A stretch of 64,000 nt of DNA, from positions 1,240,001-1,304,000 of the forward strand of contig NC_092671.1 of NCBI RefSeq assembly GCF_964355755.1, given 5' to 3'. The DNA comes from Antedon mediterranea (taxonomy: Eukaryota > Animalia > Echinodermata). How positions within the stretch are numbered: the stretch's first letter is position 1; each line of letters begins with the position of its first letter. The notes beneath the pieces are model-generated. The model made no database searches. It saw only the letters and a list, made by a program, of their open reading frames with translations, and was not told the origin of the DNA. Positions 1-12,700 of this stretch are shown piece after piece. The position numbers were made by a program, and so were the translations under genes.

Positions 1-704
1 TTCATATAATGGCAAAAGTTAAACATTGTCATAAAATCATCTTATGACTTTGACATTTAAATGACAATTTTAACTTTCTCAAGGTCTTTAAATAGTAAGC
101 TGCTTCATTAGAAGGCTTGTCAAGGTTTGTCTGGAATTATATGATAAAAAAAAAACATGATGGCTTAAGATATCAAAAAAATGTTAGATAGATTTTAAGC
201 GTGTAAAGTACTTATTTGACTATCTATTGTTTATGAAGATCAACATATCTACTCTATTTTATTTAGAGAACCATGTGAAGTAATGAATTATACACAGGAG
301 TTAAAAAACATTTTTATTAACATTTTCAAAAAAATAAAAAAAAAACCTAAATATACATATAAATTGATATGCAGTATATCAGTTATATGACGGCTATCAC
401 TAGATATTGATGGACAATATTGATATTGTTGTTTTAGGCCATAGAATATTTTTTAAACAAGCTTAAAAATGTGTTATAAAAAAATTTAAAAATGATACCG
501 ATTGTAAAATATATACTATGGATGTACCATATGCATACTGTATATTTATATATGGACTGGTTCAAACATTTGGTACCGATATTAATATTGTATGATGATA
601 AATATATATATTAAAAAAGAGACAATAAAGGTGGGTTACTCCCACGAAAGACAAAAAGAAAATCTAATCTATTAATAACCTAATGTCATTAAAGGATATA
701 AATA

Positions 705-1110
705 ATATCAACAACATGATATTAACAATAATATTAACAATGGTATCAATAATGGTATCAATAATTTGTATTGAAAGTGTATAATTTTTTATTTTTTTTA
801 ACCTATTAATATGATATGAATACTATCAATAATGGTATCAACAATGATATCAATACTGGTATCAATAATGTTATCAATATTTTTATCATTAATGATATCA
901 ACAATGGTATCAATAATTTTAATTGAAACTGTATAAGAACTTAACATTTAATTTAAAATACTAATACGATATGAGTACTGTATCAATATGTTATCAATAA
1001 CGATATCAATAATGATAAAAATAATTGTTATTGGAACTTTATAAGAACTTGAAATGTTTATTTAACCTATTAATATGATATGATATCAATAATATTAATG
1101 ATATCAACTT
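705..1110. repeat. Degenerate low-complexity tandem repeat built from 12-mers (ATCAATAATGGT / ATCAACAATGAT)
   Basis: Recurrent tatcaataat units in about three higher-order blocks. Confidence 0.7.
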
Positions 1111-4100
1111 GATATGCTTTAACGCATCAGAAATTTGACAGTTGACAGTAGATTGCAGTAAGCTGACTAAACCATCGCCAGGATTTATAAATTTAATTTC
1201 TGTATGTGAAATTGAATGAGTTCAGTAATGAAAAAAATTGTACAATAAATACAATAAATGAAATAAGCTACAAAATCATAAGAATATCATCTGAATATTA
1301 TCATTATTGATATCATTCACCATCATTATCATCATTATCATCATTATCATCAATATAATCATCAATATAAAGATGATCATTGTCATCGACACTAATATTA
1401 TTCTCATATTTCATAAGAGATTCATGTAGCTGAAGCGCAATCACTTTGTGTAAACTTATCGATATTTACACTCCATAAATTATTCATGATTGGTAAATTG
1501 CAGATAAGGTCTTCTTCATATCATTGTAATAGGTATATTTAATATTGGTACCGATGACTAGTTTTTTCGGGATAATTATTTCTAGGCTGTATCATTTTAA
1601 CTTAGGATTCTAGTTATCTAGTTACAATAATAGATCACTACACTAATTTATATACAATATAAAAATATTATTCATATCACACCACAGTGATCCTAATCAA
1701 TTCCAACTTTGCTACAAGAATATTATTGGTGAGGCACAGGTAAAAAAGAAAACTTGAGACAACATTAACTAACACAAGTCAAATGAACTGTGCATTGTAC
1801 ATGCAACAAACATGTTTCATAAACATTTGTTTCACATCTTCAGTGTTTGCACTCATCCAACTGTTAAAGTTTTGCAAATTAAAGGACACGTCAAAACATA
1901 CCTCCTTTATTAAGGACGAACTGATAGGTAATCCTTGTGAACACAAAATTGTCAAGACCAATGACAAAAGAAGCATGACTTGTGCTAGACATGCCCAAAG
2001 GCTTTAGGTCTAGTTTAGTTTATTTTTATGTTTAGTATATAGTATTTGTTTATCAGCGCCACAAGCACACGTCTAGAGCCGCTTGTGCAGATCTATTTTT
2101 GTAAGAAATTGCTGTCCTCAAGTTTGTCCGTCGTCAATGCAAAATATCTAAATTATAGCCCATAGCTTGTGTACTTGTTACAGCCTCTACACTTATAACC
2201 TTTACGTGCAAAATATTTCAATTGTAGGCCATAGTTTGTATAGCCTTTACACATCCTTTTCTCAATTCCTAAATTCATAAGGTGCAGTTGTAATTCCTGT
2301 TAATAATCCATTACATTCTATGCACTATACTTACATTATAGCCATATTGTTACCGATCCTATTTCCTCTAATAATGCTTAAATAATATCTATATTAAGTG
2401 CATTTCAACCAGATTATGTTTCAACATTATTTAATGTTATATATATCATTTTCAGAGATCACATTAGCACATAAAGTACTTTGTCAGGTTTTATTACATC
2501 AATTACAAAAAAAAATTTTATTACGAAAAACTAATAAATTATTATGTAAATTAATAAAAAAATATTTCTGGTACAGTAATCATCATCTATTTTATCTGTT
2601 GATTACATGCCTAAATCTTTTCAAAGTCACCCCAACCATACTTCTGTACTCTTCCCTGTACCATTTTGATCTTCTTTGATCTTAGCAAAATATCTGTGAA
2701 TAATGAATGAGTGCACATGATACATTTAATAATTTCATGAGGTAAACATATAAAATGTTAACTTTCACCGAATGATATTATTTGTTCTATTGCATGAATT
2801 AAAAACATTCATTAATTGTTTTATAATACAACTACTTTTAATGAGAGGCTAACTAAACCATTAAAAAGGCAGCTTTGTACAAGGGGTGGAACAATTATTG
2901 AGTGCGCAAACTACAACAGCCTAGCCTCGTGTCACGTGTGGTTGCTCATCCATGTAACAAGAATAAGCGCCCATATATTGCAATTGCACGCTTGATGACG
3001 TAAGGTTCATTGGAGTATTTTATTAATATCATGTGACTCAAAATCCTCCAATCAAAGGACAAAAATCTAGTCATTTTGTTCAATGATTTGATCAATAAAA
3101 TGTTGCGTTTCACTATGAAAAATTAATATTTTTAAAAAGTCACTCAAACATGTTTCATATCATGGGATTACATCTCAAAATTCACAAAGTATTCCCATGG
3201 GCTTGTTACTGAAACATAACACTGGCTTTGTACAGTTCTGAGTACAGTTAATTATTAAAACACATCTCATGTATTTCGCCTTTCTAAACATTAATAACAC
3301 TTAATGATTTTCTGTGTCGATATCAGGACAATAGTAATTTTGCTTTTCTTTCCCAATGATTACAACTAATATTAGAGTAGACTGTCTAAATGTGTGTTTG
3401 TTGCAACTTGTACAGCAGTATCATATCATTATTATTGATGGAGACTACAATAAGAAAATTAATGCCATTATCCCGCGCTACTGTATCGTCATAGTAACTG
3501 CAAGTAGATGGGGAATTAGAATACTTGCATGGAAGCGCCACGGATAATATACAGCTTCGTTGTCGCGCTTCACTGACTATTATTTAATTACATTGATCAT
3601 ATACGTGTTTCTGCGTGACCTTGCTATTATTTTAAATATAATATAATTAAACATTATATTTGTTTTACAGTCTACTGTACTTATTCATAACACAATTATA
3701 ATCTAGAATAAGGTGAAAAATGAATTTCATTTTTATGCAAATTAATATATTATTGATTACCAGTATTTTATTAATAAATCAGAATTTAAATAATATTTCT
3801 GAATATACTATTGACCAAAACAATTAAAACTAGATTATATTTTATTTAATTTGTTTTCAATACTTTTTAAAATAGTTAAATAATGACAGATCGTCAATAT
3901 TGAAAATATATAAGTATTCACAAAATGTATAAATATTTATATAAGGTACAGTAGTTATAAAATATATAAGGTACTTAAAGAAATGTATAATACTTATTAT
4001 ATGTATAAGTTACTTTATAATAACAAGGTAGGCCTACTTAGAAAAGGTATAGAACATATTTATAATTATATGTAAAGTAATTATTAAAAAATATGATATT

Positions 4101-4528
4101 TATAACTATATAGGGTAATTATAAAATAAGCAATTACAAAATGTATAAAGCACTTACAAATTAGAAACTACTTAAAATAAATCTAAATAAAATCTAAGAA
4201 ACCCAACAAGTTACAAGACTGTAGACGTTATATTGCTTTATGAACATGAACTAATAACAAGAACTATTACTATTAGTAGATAATTTATTCATAAATTCAA
4301 GAACACAGAGTTCATTTGTCTGGGGCGATACATCGGGACTCTGTTATCCCATGATGCATTTCAAATCATCACTCTGTAATAGCTTAACACTTTTAGACAG
4401 AAATGTTCTCATCTATCAAATTGGTCACTTATACTTGACTTAAAAGCATGTCAATATTATTATAACAAAATGGTTTTCATTTTCTGTATGAACAATAAGG
4501 AATAAATCCTTGTGCAAATCATATGAAG

Positions 4529-4626
4529 ACTGGTCAAACCCCTATGGTCAAACCCCTCTAGTCAAACCCCTCTGGTAAAACCCCTTCTGGTCAAACCCCT
4601 CCTGGTCAAACCCCTCTGGTCGAACC
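4529..4626. repeat. Tandem repeat, ~15-bp unit (CTGGTCAAACCCCT) x ~6
   Basis: Directly visible. Confidence 0.9.
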
Positions 4627-4665
4627 GATTCGATTAGAAGTGGGATGCTATCTGAAGTACTACCA

Positions 4666-4912
4666 CCTGAAGGTGAAGGTGAGTCTCGCGTTCTCTGAAC
4701 GTAGGGGAATGAGCTGTTAGGAGCTCATTGTACTAAGCCCCGGCATTATGTGGTAGGGTGGCCAGTTCCTTTCCACGCCGCCTTTTTTTCTCCCTAGTAT
4801 TTTCAACTAGGTACTCATTTACAGCTGAGTGGACTGAGAGTTGTCGGGAATTGAACCCAGGTCTATCTGTTTGACAGTCAAGTGTCCTAACCGCTCGGCT
4901 ATCCAACTCCAC
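4666..4912 (-). mobile_element. tRNA-derived SINE (Asp-like head, conserved-domain-type core, ACCTTC-repeat tail)
   Basis: Reverse complement has A box TAGCCGAGCGG, a CTGTCAA anticodon-like loop, B box GGTTCAATTCC, core CCACTCAGCTGTAAATGAGTACC and tail CACCTTCACCTTC. Confidence 0.85.
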
Positions 4913-5285
4913 CTATAAACCTAAAAAAAACAGATTATATAATCTTAAACAGTTCAGTAGAATATTGGTATGTTCTACGTGACAGTCGCAAACACCAGAC
5001 CTGGAGTTTATTAACCATTGTGCTACAGTAGTACAAAATAAATAAAAACATGTTACTATAAAACTTAAGTGTTTATTTGCAAAAAGATATTTACTGATAT
5101 TAATACAGCAGACTTTGAATATGGATATAGTCCTGATGAGATGAATAAACAACTCTGTACATTACTCTGTTACATTATTAATTCACAGACAATAACACAA
5201 GAAAAGCACATTTCCATCTATCTAAATTGTACATATGAAAATTACTGGCTTACATATTCATTGGAATATTATTGCTTTTCTGATC

Positions 5286-5553
5286 ATAAACAGTTAATAA
5301 TAGTGATGTACTGCCCTTAGGTTATAAACAGTTAATAATAGTGATGTACTGCCCTTAGGTTATAAACAGTTAATAATAGTGATGTACTGCCCTTAGGTTA
5401 TAAACAGTTAATAATAGTGATGTACTGCCCTTAGGTTATAAACAGTTAATAATAGTGATGTACTGCCCTTAGGTTATAAACAGTTAATAATAGTGATGTA
5501 CTCCCTTAGGTTATAAACAGTTAATAATAGTGATGTACTGCCCTTAGGTTATA
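5286..5553. repeat. 38-bp minisatellite x ~7
   Basis: Unit GTTATAAACAGTTAATAATAGTGATGTACTGCCCTTAG, nearly perfect. Confidence 0.95.
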
Positions 5554-6368
5554 TATATGAAATGAAAATGTTTTCATACCTCCCTGATAATATTTGCTTT
5601 ATAGAAGTTACCTGGATAAACCAACATAGGCAATTCTCCCTTTCTTTCTCCAAAGGGAGAACATTAATTAAAAGTAACAGCATTTTAACCATTCCTTGCT
5701 ATTATGTTATTTGTAATGCCATCTACATATCTTTCTTGGAATTGAGCTAGCTCATCCCCTCCCCCTTCCCCTAATATTAATCTGGGCCACAGAATGTAAG
5801 TGACTAATTGGATGAGTCTTGGTAATTGGGAAATGACACATGAATTTATCTTTAATAAATGAATACCCAATAGAAAAGGTTACATCAATAATATAAAGTA
5901 AAATGAATGAATGATAAAATACAGTAGAGCAACATAGTTTAAGGCTTGAACATTTGTCAATATTATCGCTGTATCGTGTAATAAAATATATTAGTGTCAT
6001 CTTCCTAATATATTTGTCACTGTCGAAAGCATGTCAAGTAAACTATATTACTGTTGTCTGTTTTATTTGACGCTGTGCAGAACTTGAGTAATACTCTTCG
6101 CCATATTTACACATTAAACATGATGTGATAGAAAGCTGTAAAATGTTATTTATTTGCCTCTATACACTTTATAACATACATGTACTTTAGTTAATATGAT
6201 GTATATAGTTAATTTGCTTCATTAATAACTTTAAATGGTGTAACATTTATATTTGGCATCATGTAATACGATAGCAAAATGTCATCTGCGAGAAAAAAGA
6301 ATGTTGTATTCAAAGACGTCTACCAATATAAAGCGGCATTGTCTGCATATTTTTATTTGTTGACACAA

Positions 6369-6435
6369 GGGCGTGTGGCGCAGTGTGTTGGACGTTGGAG
6401 ATTACTGATCGTAAGATCATGGGTTCACAAGTTCA
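6369..6435 (+). mobile_element. Truncated tRNA-derived SINE head
   Basis: GTGGCGCAGTG A-box-like and GGGTTCA B-box-like motifs; no complete cloverleaf. Confidence 0.5.
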
Positions 6436-6581
6436 AAAAATAAATAGAGACAGAGAGACTTGTTTTAATGTTCTTCTATCTAAGTACATACCACTTAGAG
6501 GAAAATCCTTAAATGTTTATTGACTTACGTGAAATACTTAGTATCCAGGTGCCAAAATGTCTTTTTTCTTTTTTCCACAAG

Positions 6582-6752
6582 GATCCCTGCTCTTGTATAT
6601 CATAACGGCACTTTCCTGGCGTTTTGCGAAGGACGTAAACAATCGTTTCGAGATTGGGGACCGATGGATCTAATGATGCGCAGAGGATTTTTGAATAGAG
6701 ACAAAATTGACTGGGAGGACATAAGAGTTGTGGCTTCATTTGAGAACCGAAG
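6582..6752 (+). CDS. Sialidase exon: (R)IPALVYHNGTFLAFCEGRKQSFRDWGPMDLMMRRGFLNRDKIDWEDIRVVASFENR
   Basis: Polypyrimidine tract then ccacaag|G acceptor; AG|GTAATG donor; RIP motif. Confidence 0.9.
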
Positions 6753-9700
6753 GTAATGTACAATCGCCCTTGCGAGTAGAGCTCGACATGGGATGACCTA
6801 TGTCATTGGTCATCGTCTGGATCTAGAATCCGCCAAAACTGTGTCATTGAATGAGAAAGCAAATCCCAATGTCCCGGTATGGTCATGGCCTAACTAATTC
6901 CTAGGTCACAGGTCATCACAAATAAAAAGCTCCTGGTTTGTCAGTGATAAAGTGAAGAACTAGATAATCATATACAATTTATTATTTATAAAAATAAATG
7001 GAGCAATTTGTTATTTATAAAAATAAATGGAGCAATTTGTTATTTAATTGGAAACATTTCTGAAATTATAAAGGAATTAAATCCTCTTTGTTGAATAACA
7101 TTTGATAATAATTACTAATGTATAATTATGTATAATTGTTTGATAATAATTACTAATGTGTAATTGTTTTATTCATATAAACATTTAATTATATCTGCTG
7201 TGATGTTAAATAATTTGATCTCAAATGATGTGACTTGAAAACCCTTTGTTGTAACCAAACCTTGCTCGTGGTAATATGTTCCATAATTTATCTGATGATA
7301 CGTATTCGTCTGCAGCATTGTATAAAATCATTCCATATAGTAGCCCAGGGCAAGCATTATAAAGATCAATAAATGCTATCGTGCCTTATTATCGATGACT
7401 TTCTACGACGTACAACATGCCCAAGGTTAGATTCCTGTTATAGTACACATGTAGCAATATGTAACACAAGCATTCATTAATTATAATACCTAATTGATTT
7501 GTGTAATCTCTGAGACTGTGGAGCTTCAGAAACGCGTCAACCGAGAAATGACAAGGGGAAAGTATTCCTTACTGTGTAAACATTTGGCTCGATTCACTCG
7601 GAATACGTCAATATAGGCTGTGGATAACGTGACAAGTATTAATCGATTTGTACGCTCAGATACAAGTGCGACAATATTTAGATAACTTAATGTAAACCAA
7701 CGAAAATCCATCATAACTAATAAAGGAACAATATTTAAATAATTTGATATAGTTTTATGAATATATCATATAGTATATTAAAAACCAAAATATATTAATA
7801 ATAAGTAGATTTACTGTATAAAGTGAAAATAAATTAGGTATTGGAGTAATTAAAGTATGATAGAACAAGAATAAATAAATAAAGAACGAAGAAAAACACC
7901 AAATATATAAATTTATCCATCCTGTAAATTGGCAAGTTTGTGCTAGGGACTGGACTGGATGGCATATACATTGCTGTCATGTGTACAGTAATTGTAAACT
8001 CCACTGGGTTACATCTTGTGTTTATTTGTTTCTTGAGAAGATATCATCACACAGTATTGATAAAAATGATGATTTACTTTTGAAAATTCCTCAACAAGTT
8101 TCTAATGCTATACATGTCGTTTGTAGTAAATGGCAAACATAGTTCTATAACTACTGTAAGTGTAATTCTGTAAATATAATGGTTAATACTCCTTGCATAT
8201 TGATCAGTGTTGTCATTAATTGAATGCATCTTCAATCTAATGTGTTTGTAATGTGCCTTTCAAGAACTTTATAGTTAATTAATTTTGTGAAAATGCAAAA
8301 TTAGAGTCCAGGTTAATAAGTTGGTAAAGTATTACTATGGAATAATATATCTACTTTAAGAATTTAATATTAAGGAATTAGTTTAGTTTTGTCATGTAAC
8401 TATTAGCAACGCTTCTAAAGAGCCATTATAAGATTTTAGTACTAATTTTTACTGAATTCATTAAAAAATGTGACTTTATGGATCTAATATATTAATATGG
8501 TAAGTACTGTATGTATTTAAAACCTTTGCCAAAGATGGATTTGTTTTACTACTAGTGGTGTAAATTCAATTCAAAGCAACATTTATTTAATCCTTTCATA
8601 TACAACATTTATTTCAATGTACAATATATTTTTAAAAATTTAGAAAGAAGAAGGTACAAGCCCAGAAAGATGAAAAACACATCTATCACTGACACAGACA
8701 ATTAAAAAAAAACGAACGAATAAAAAATTGACCGAAGAAAAGTTAATATTTGGAAATAAGATGACTTTTAAGTTTATAGATAAAAATGATTTACTATAAA
8801 CAGAGTTTAAGATGGGGAGTGGCAGAACATTCCAAAAAGTGGGTCCGAAAATCAAAATATATTTACTTTGTCTAATTACCTCCTTTGCTTCGCTTTATTG
8901 ATAATGTCATTAATATTAATTATTTTTGTCATCCATTTCCAAATTTAAATAAAATGTTATAAATATGTATCACATTTTACATGAATGTGTTTAAGATTGT
9001 AATTAATTACGTAACCTTATTGCGGGAAGAAATTGCGAGTTATGCCCAGTAAAGAGATTACCATTCAGAATGTCAAACTGAACATCATACAAAATGTTCT
9101 AACCTTATAGAATAATACTATTGATGCAAATACAAATATCTATTAAAATAATACATATTTTTATTACGTAAAATCAGGCCCTTGGGTATCAACTATCCAC
9201 TGTAATAATGCAGAACGGTAATAACTAATTTTGTAGCATATACTTACATTTTTACTGGACTAAAAACAATCAATTATAAAAAACAATCTTGATAAAATAA
9301 TAAATATATGATTATATTCAAGGCCACCTTGTACTGCAGTTTCCTAACAATTGATAATTTGAAAAAGTTAATTAAAATAATATAATGATTAATATTATAT
9401 TATGGGATTTGTAAAATTTTGATTGTCTGAAAGGAAAGTGGGACATGTGAAATATGGTTAGCACAATATAGCCTTGACCAATCGATAAGAATTAACGAAC
9501 AGATCAGCAACAAAGTCATTCAAAATCGGGAAAAGAAAAGACGAAGAAAAGCTAAATTCTTGATAAAACAAAAACAGAATATTTACCATGTTTTTGAATG
9601 ATTTTGAGATTTACTGCGAACAATAATTGCTTAGTTTTTGTTATCGATGATTTCTATGTCAACTAGTTACCGAATAAAAATCACATTTCTCATTGTTGTC

Positions 9701-12700
9701 ATCATTTACATTTGGTTCGTCAAAGCTATTTCATTTTTGATAAGCATGATTTCAGAAATCAAGATTATGCAATGCAAAAGCCCAGAGGCTTATCCCGATG
9801 TGATGTAATCAAAATCGTAAGCCGTGTCTTGAAATCACTTATTTTGTATTTTAAGTTCATTTTTTACATTTTTTTCTCAAGTTATTCAAGTACTTCATTA
9901 TTATATTAAACACGGAAAACTTTAATACCAAAAGGTGGGTTTAATCAGTGGGTTAGAAATCCAGATGATTTTTTTTTAAGATTAGAATTTGAAGTTTTAT
10001 TTGCATTTATTATGAAATAACTATGCACTACAATAATGCATACTAACTATATTTATGATTGCATATGATTTAACACATTTCCTTATGATCACATAATGAT
10101 GCATACAAAATTGCAATGTAATAGTTGAACCATAATTTGCGAGTTAAAGATAGCTCTAGAGATAATGTTGGAAATTCACAAAATTTGATATAAATTGTGT
10201 TTATATTGGTATTATTTTTATGGAAATAAACTCCTAAAGGTTGCTCACTTTAAATTGCCACACATGCAGCGGAAACACTTACTTCAAAAGAGCAGAAACG
10301 ACACAACTTGAAACTGAGTAGAGAAACCAATCCAATACAGCTTCAGAACATTGGGAAATCTAGGTTCAAGTCTATTGTCAAACTATGGTACGCCATCAGT
10401 GCATTCAAACATTGGGAAAGCTAGGTTCAAGTCTATTGTCAAACTATGGTACGCCATCAGTGCATTCAAACATTAGGAAATCTAGGTTCAAGTCTATTGT
10501 CAAACTATGGTACGCCATCAGTGCATTCAAACATTGGGAAAGCTAGGTTCTATTCTATTATCAGACTATTGTACGCCAACAGTGCATTAAAACATTGGAA
10601 AAGCTTGGTTTAATTGTATTTTCAGACTATTGTACATCAACAGTGCCTAGCAGAAAGCTAGGTTCAAGTCTATTATCAGACTATGGTACGGAAATAGTGC
10701 ATTTAAAAATTGGAAAAGCTAGGTTTAATTCTATTGTCAGACTATCGAATGAGATCAAATTATGCGTCAGTTGTTATGTGTATTTATCATCAATAGTCTA
10801 ATGACATACAAATTTAGAGAAACTTTTTTTCTTTAGAATAATCTGAAAGGAAAAAACCAACATTTGAACCTAAATTTAAGTGATCTTTTGTACAGAAAAT
10901 GTTGCTATGAGAAGTATGTATTCACATTTTAACATTCTAAATTGTACAATATTCTTCTTGACACAAACAACATAAATTTTTTATGGTCACAAGTTATTAA
11001 TATAAGTTAGTGTTATGGTAATTGGTGATATTAACAATTTATATAAATAAAGATGTCTGCATTTAAAAAACAGACTAATTACGCTACAAGATGTCCGCAA
11101 CCAATTTAAATTGAAAACAAGTAGTTGGTACTATATATTGTAATATCTAATTGGTTTATGTTATACATTGAACTTTGTGTTAAGCTCTAAAAGCTTTTAT
11201 GTAACATTAAACAAAAGCTGAAATGTGTAACATACATTCCGTTCTAAAAATAACAATGTAATAATTTAGTAATATCGTCAGGTGTAATTTCACTTCCCTT
11301 TAACATTATGATTGGAGGACGTAAATCAAACGTGATACTGTATGAGTTTAACAACTGCTCTAGGTTTCGCACGTTCCTCGTCAATTGACGCCGTAAACGT
11401 ACTTAAACTTACCAATTAAATTAATATTCACGGTGTTAAATCATGTTTTGGTTAAAGTTGTTAATTTAATAGGCAGAGTCACATAACACCTAGTTATGGG
11501 GGTTTTGTAGATTAGCTTTTTCATAGCTGAATTCAGCATTGCAATGTGTCAGTATGTTTGCCTTTTGCATACAAATAAAAAATGTCAGAAGAAACAGAAA
11601 CATTTTAATTTAATGATTTATTTTATTTTTATTTTATTCATTTCGGCAATTAAAACATAAAATAATAATTACAAAAACATAGAAATATATATACATGAAG
11701 TACAAGACATGAAGCCGAGGAGAGACAAAAGCATTAAACAAAACGCTTTCACCGGTAAGGTGTGTCTCTCCAACACAAAAATTACAAATAACAAGAATAT
11801 ATACTAAAATAACATAGACATTTCACAAGATAAAGTTAAAAAGTTTCTCTCCGACATTTAAAATATTGCTTTAGAGATAATTTAAAATTAATAAATGAAC
11901 CATTAACAAAAATATCGCGAATCTCATTGGGTATGGAATTCCAAGTTCTAGTGAATCTGGTCGCGATGCAAAATTTTGACATATCATTACTGGAGCGAAG
12001 ATGCTTGAAAGTGAGGGTGTCATGACGATTATTAACTATGAGTAAATTATAAATAATAGATCTTTGATGATAAAGTAAAACATTGCAAACATATAGAACA
12101 GTATAACAATCTCTAATGGCGATTGTGGATGTGATATCAAGAGTGTCTAGTCTCCCCTCATATGACTGTTCCTGACGACGTTGATTAAAAGATAGTTTAA
12201 GATTAAATTATCATCAGCAACAATTTGGTGGAAGTTTGAGAGTGTTTGAAGTATAAGCACCCTTTAGTTTTCACGAAGCAGCAACCGACTAAGCAAAAGA
12301 GCATGCTACTGTGAGTGAGTGGCCGAGCGGTTAAGACAGTGGAACCGTAATCACGTAGCCATAACATCGGCAGGGGTTCGAGGCTCACTCACTCCATGGT
12401 TCTGGTGGTAGAATGAGTCTTCTCGGATAAGGACTATAAACCATAGGTCCAGTGTACACAACTTGCTTGTGTGCACTTTAAAGAACCTAGTACATCTTTC
12501 GAGATGAGTAGGGGGTTACCCCGGTGTATTAGTACATCACAGCCACTGATCACCAATTGGGCCCTCTGGGAGATCAGTCTTTGACTGAAGAGGTCACCCA
12601 GTATAAAGATAAAACAAACAAACAAACAATGGCTACGTAATTACGGTTCCATTAACCGCTCGGCCACTCGCTCGCTCAAATAACAATTTGATTGTAGATT

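Noticed and set aside
4840-4912. tRNA-Asp-like sequence
   Set aside because: Acceptor stem incomplete and it continues into a SINE body, so it is a SINE head. The same applies to 12311, 6369, ~20110-20150 and ~38865-38930.
1779-6000. Short ORFs in the first 6 kb, and similar 60-100 aa F/I/L/Y-rich ORFs elsewhere
   Set aside because: Composition typical of random AT-rich frames; no motifs and no consistent splice phases.
6505-6580. Possible U12-type intron (TCCTTAAAT, GTATCCAG, ...CCAC)
   Set aside because: The branch-like motif is too far from the acceptor, and no RTATCCTT donor was seen upstream.
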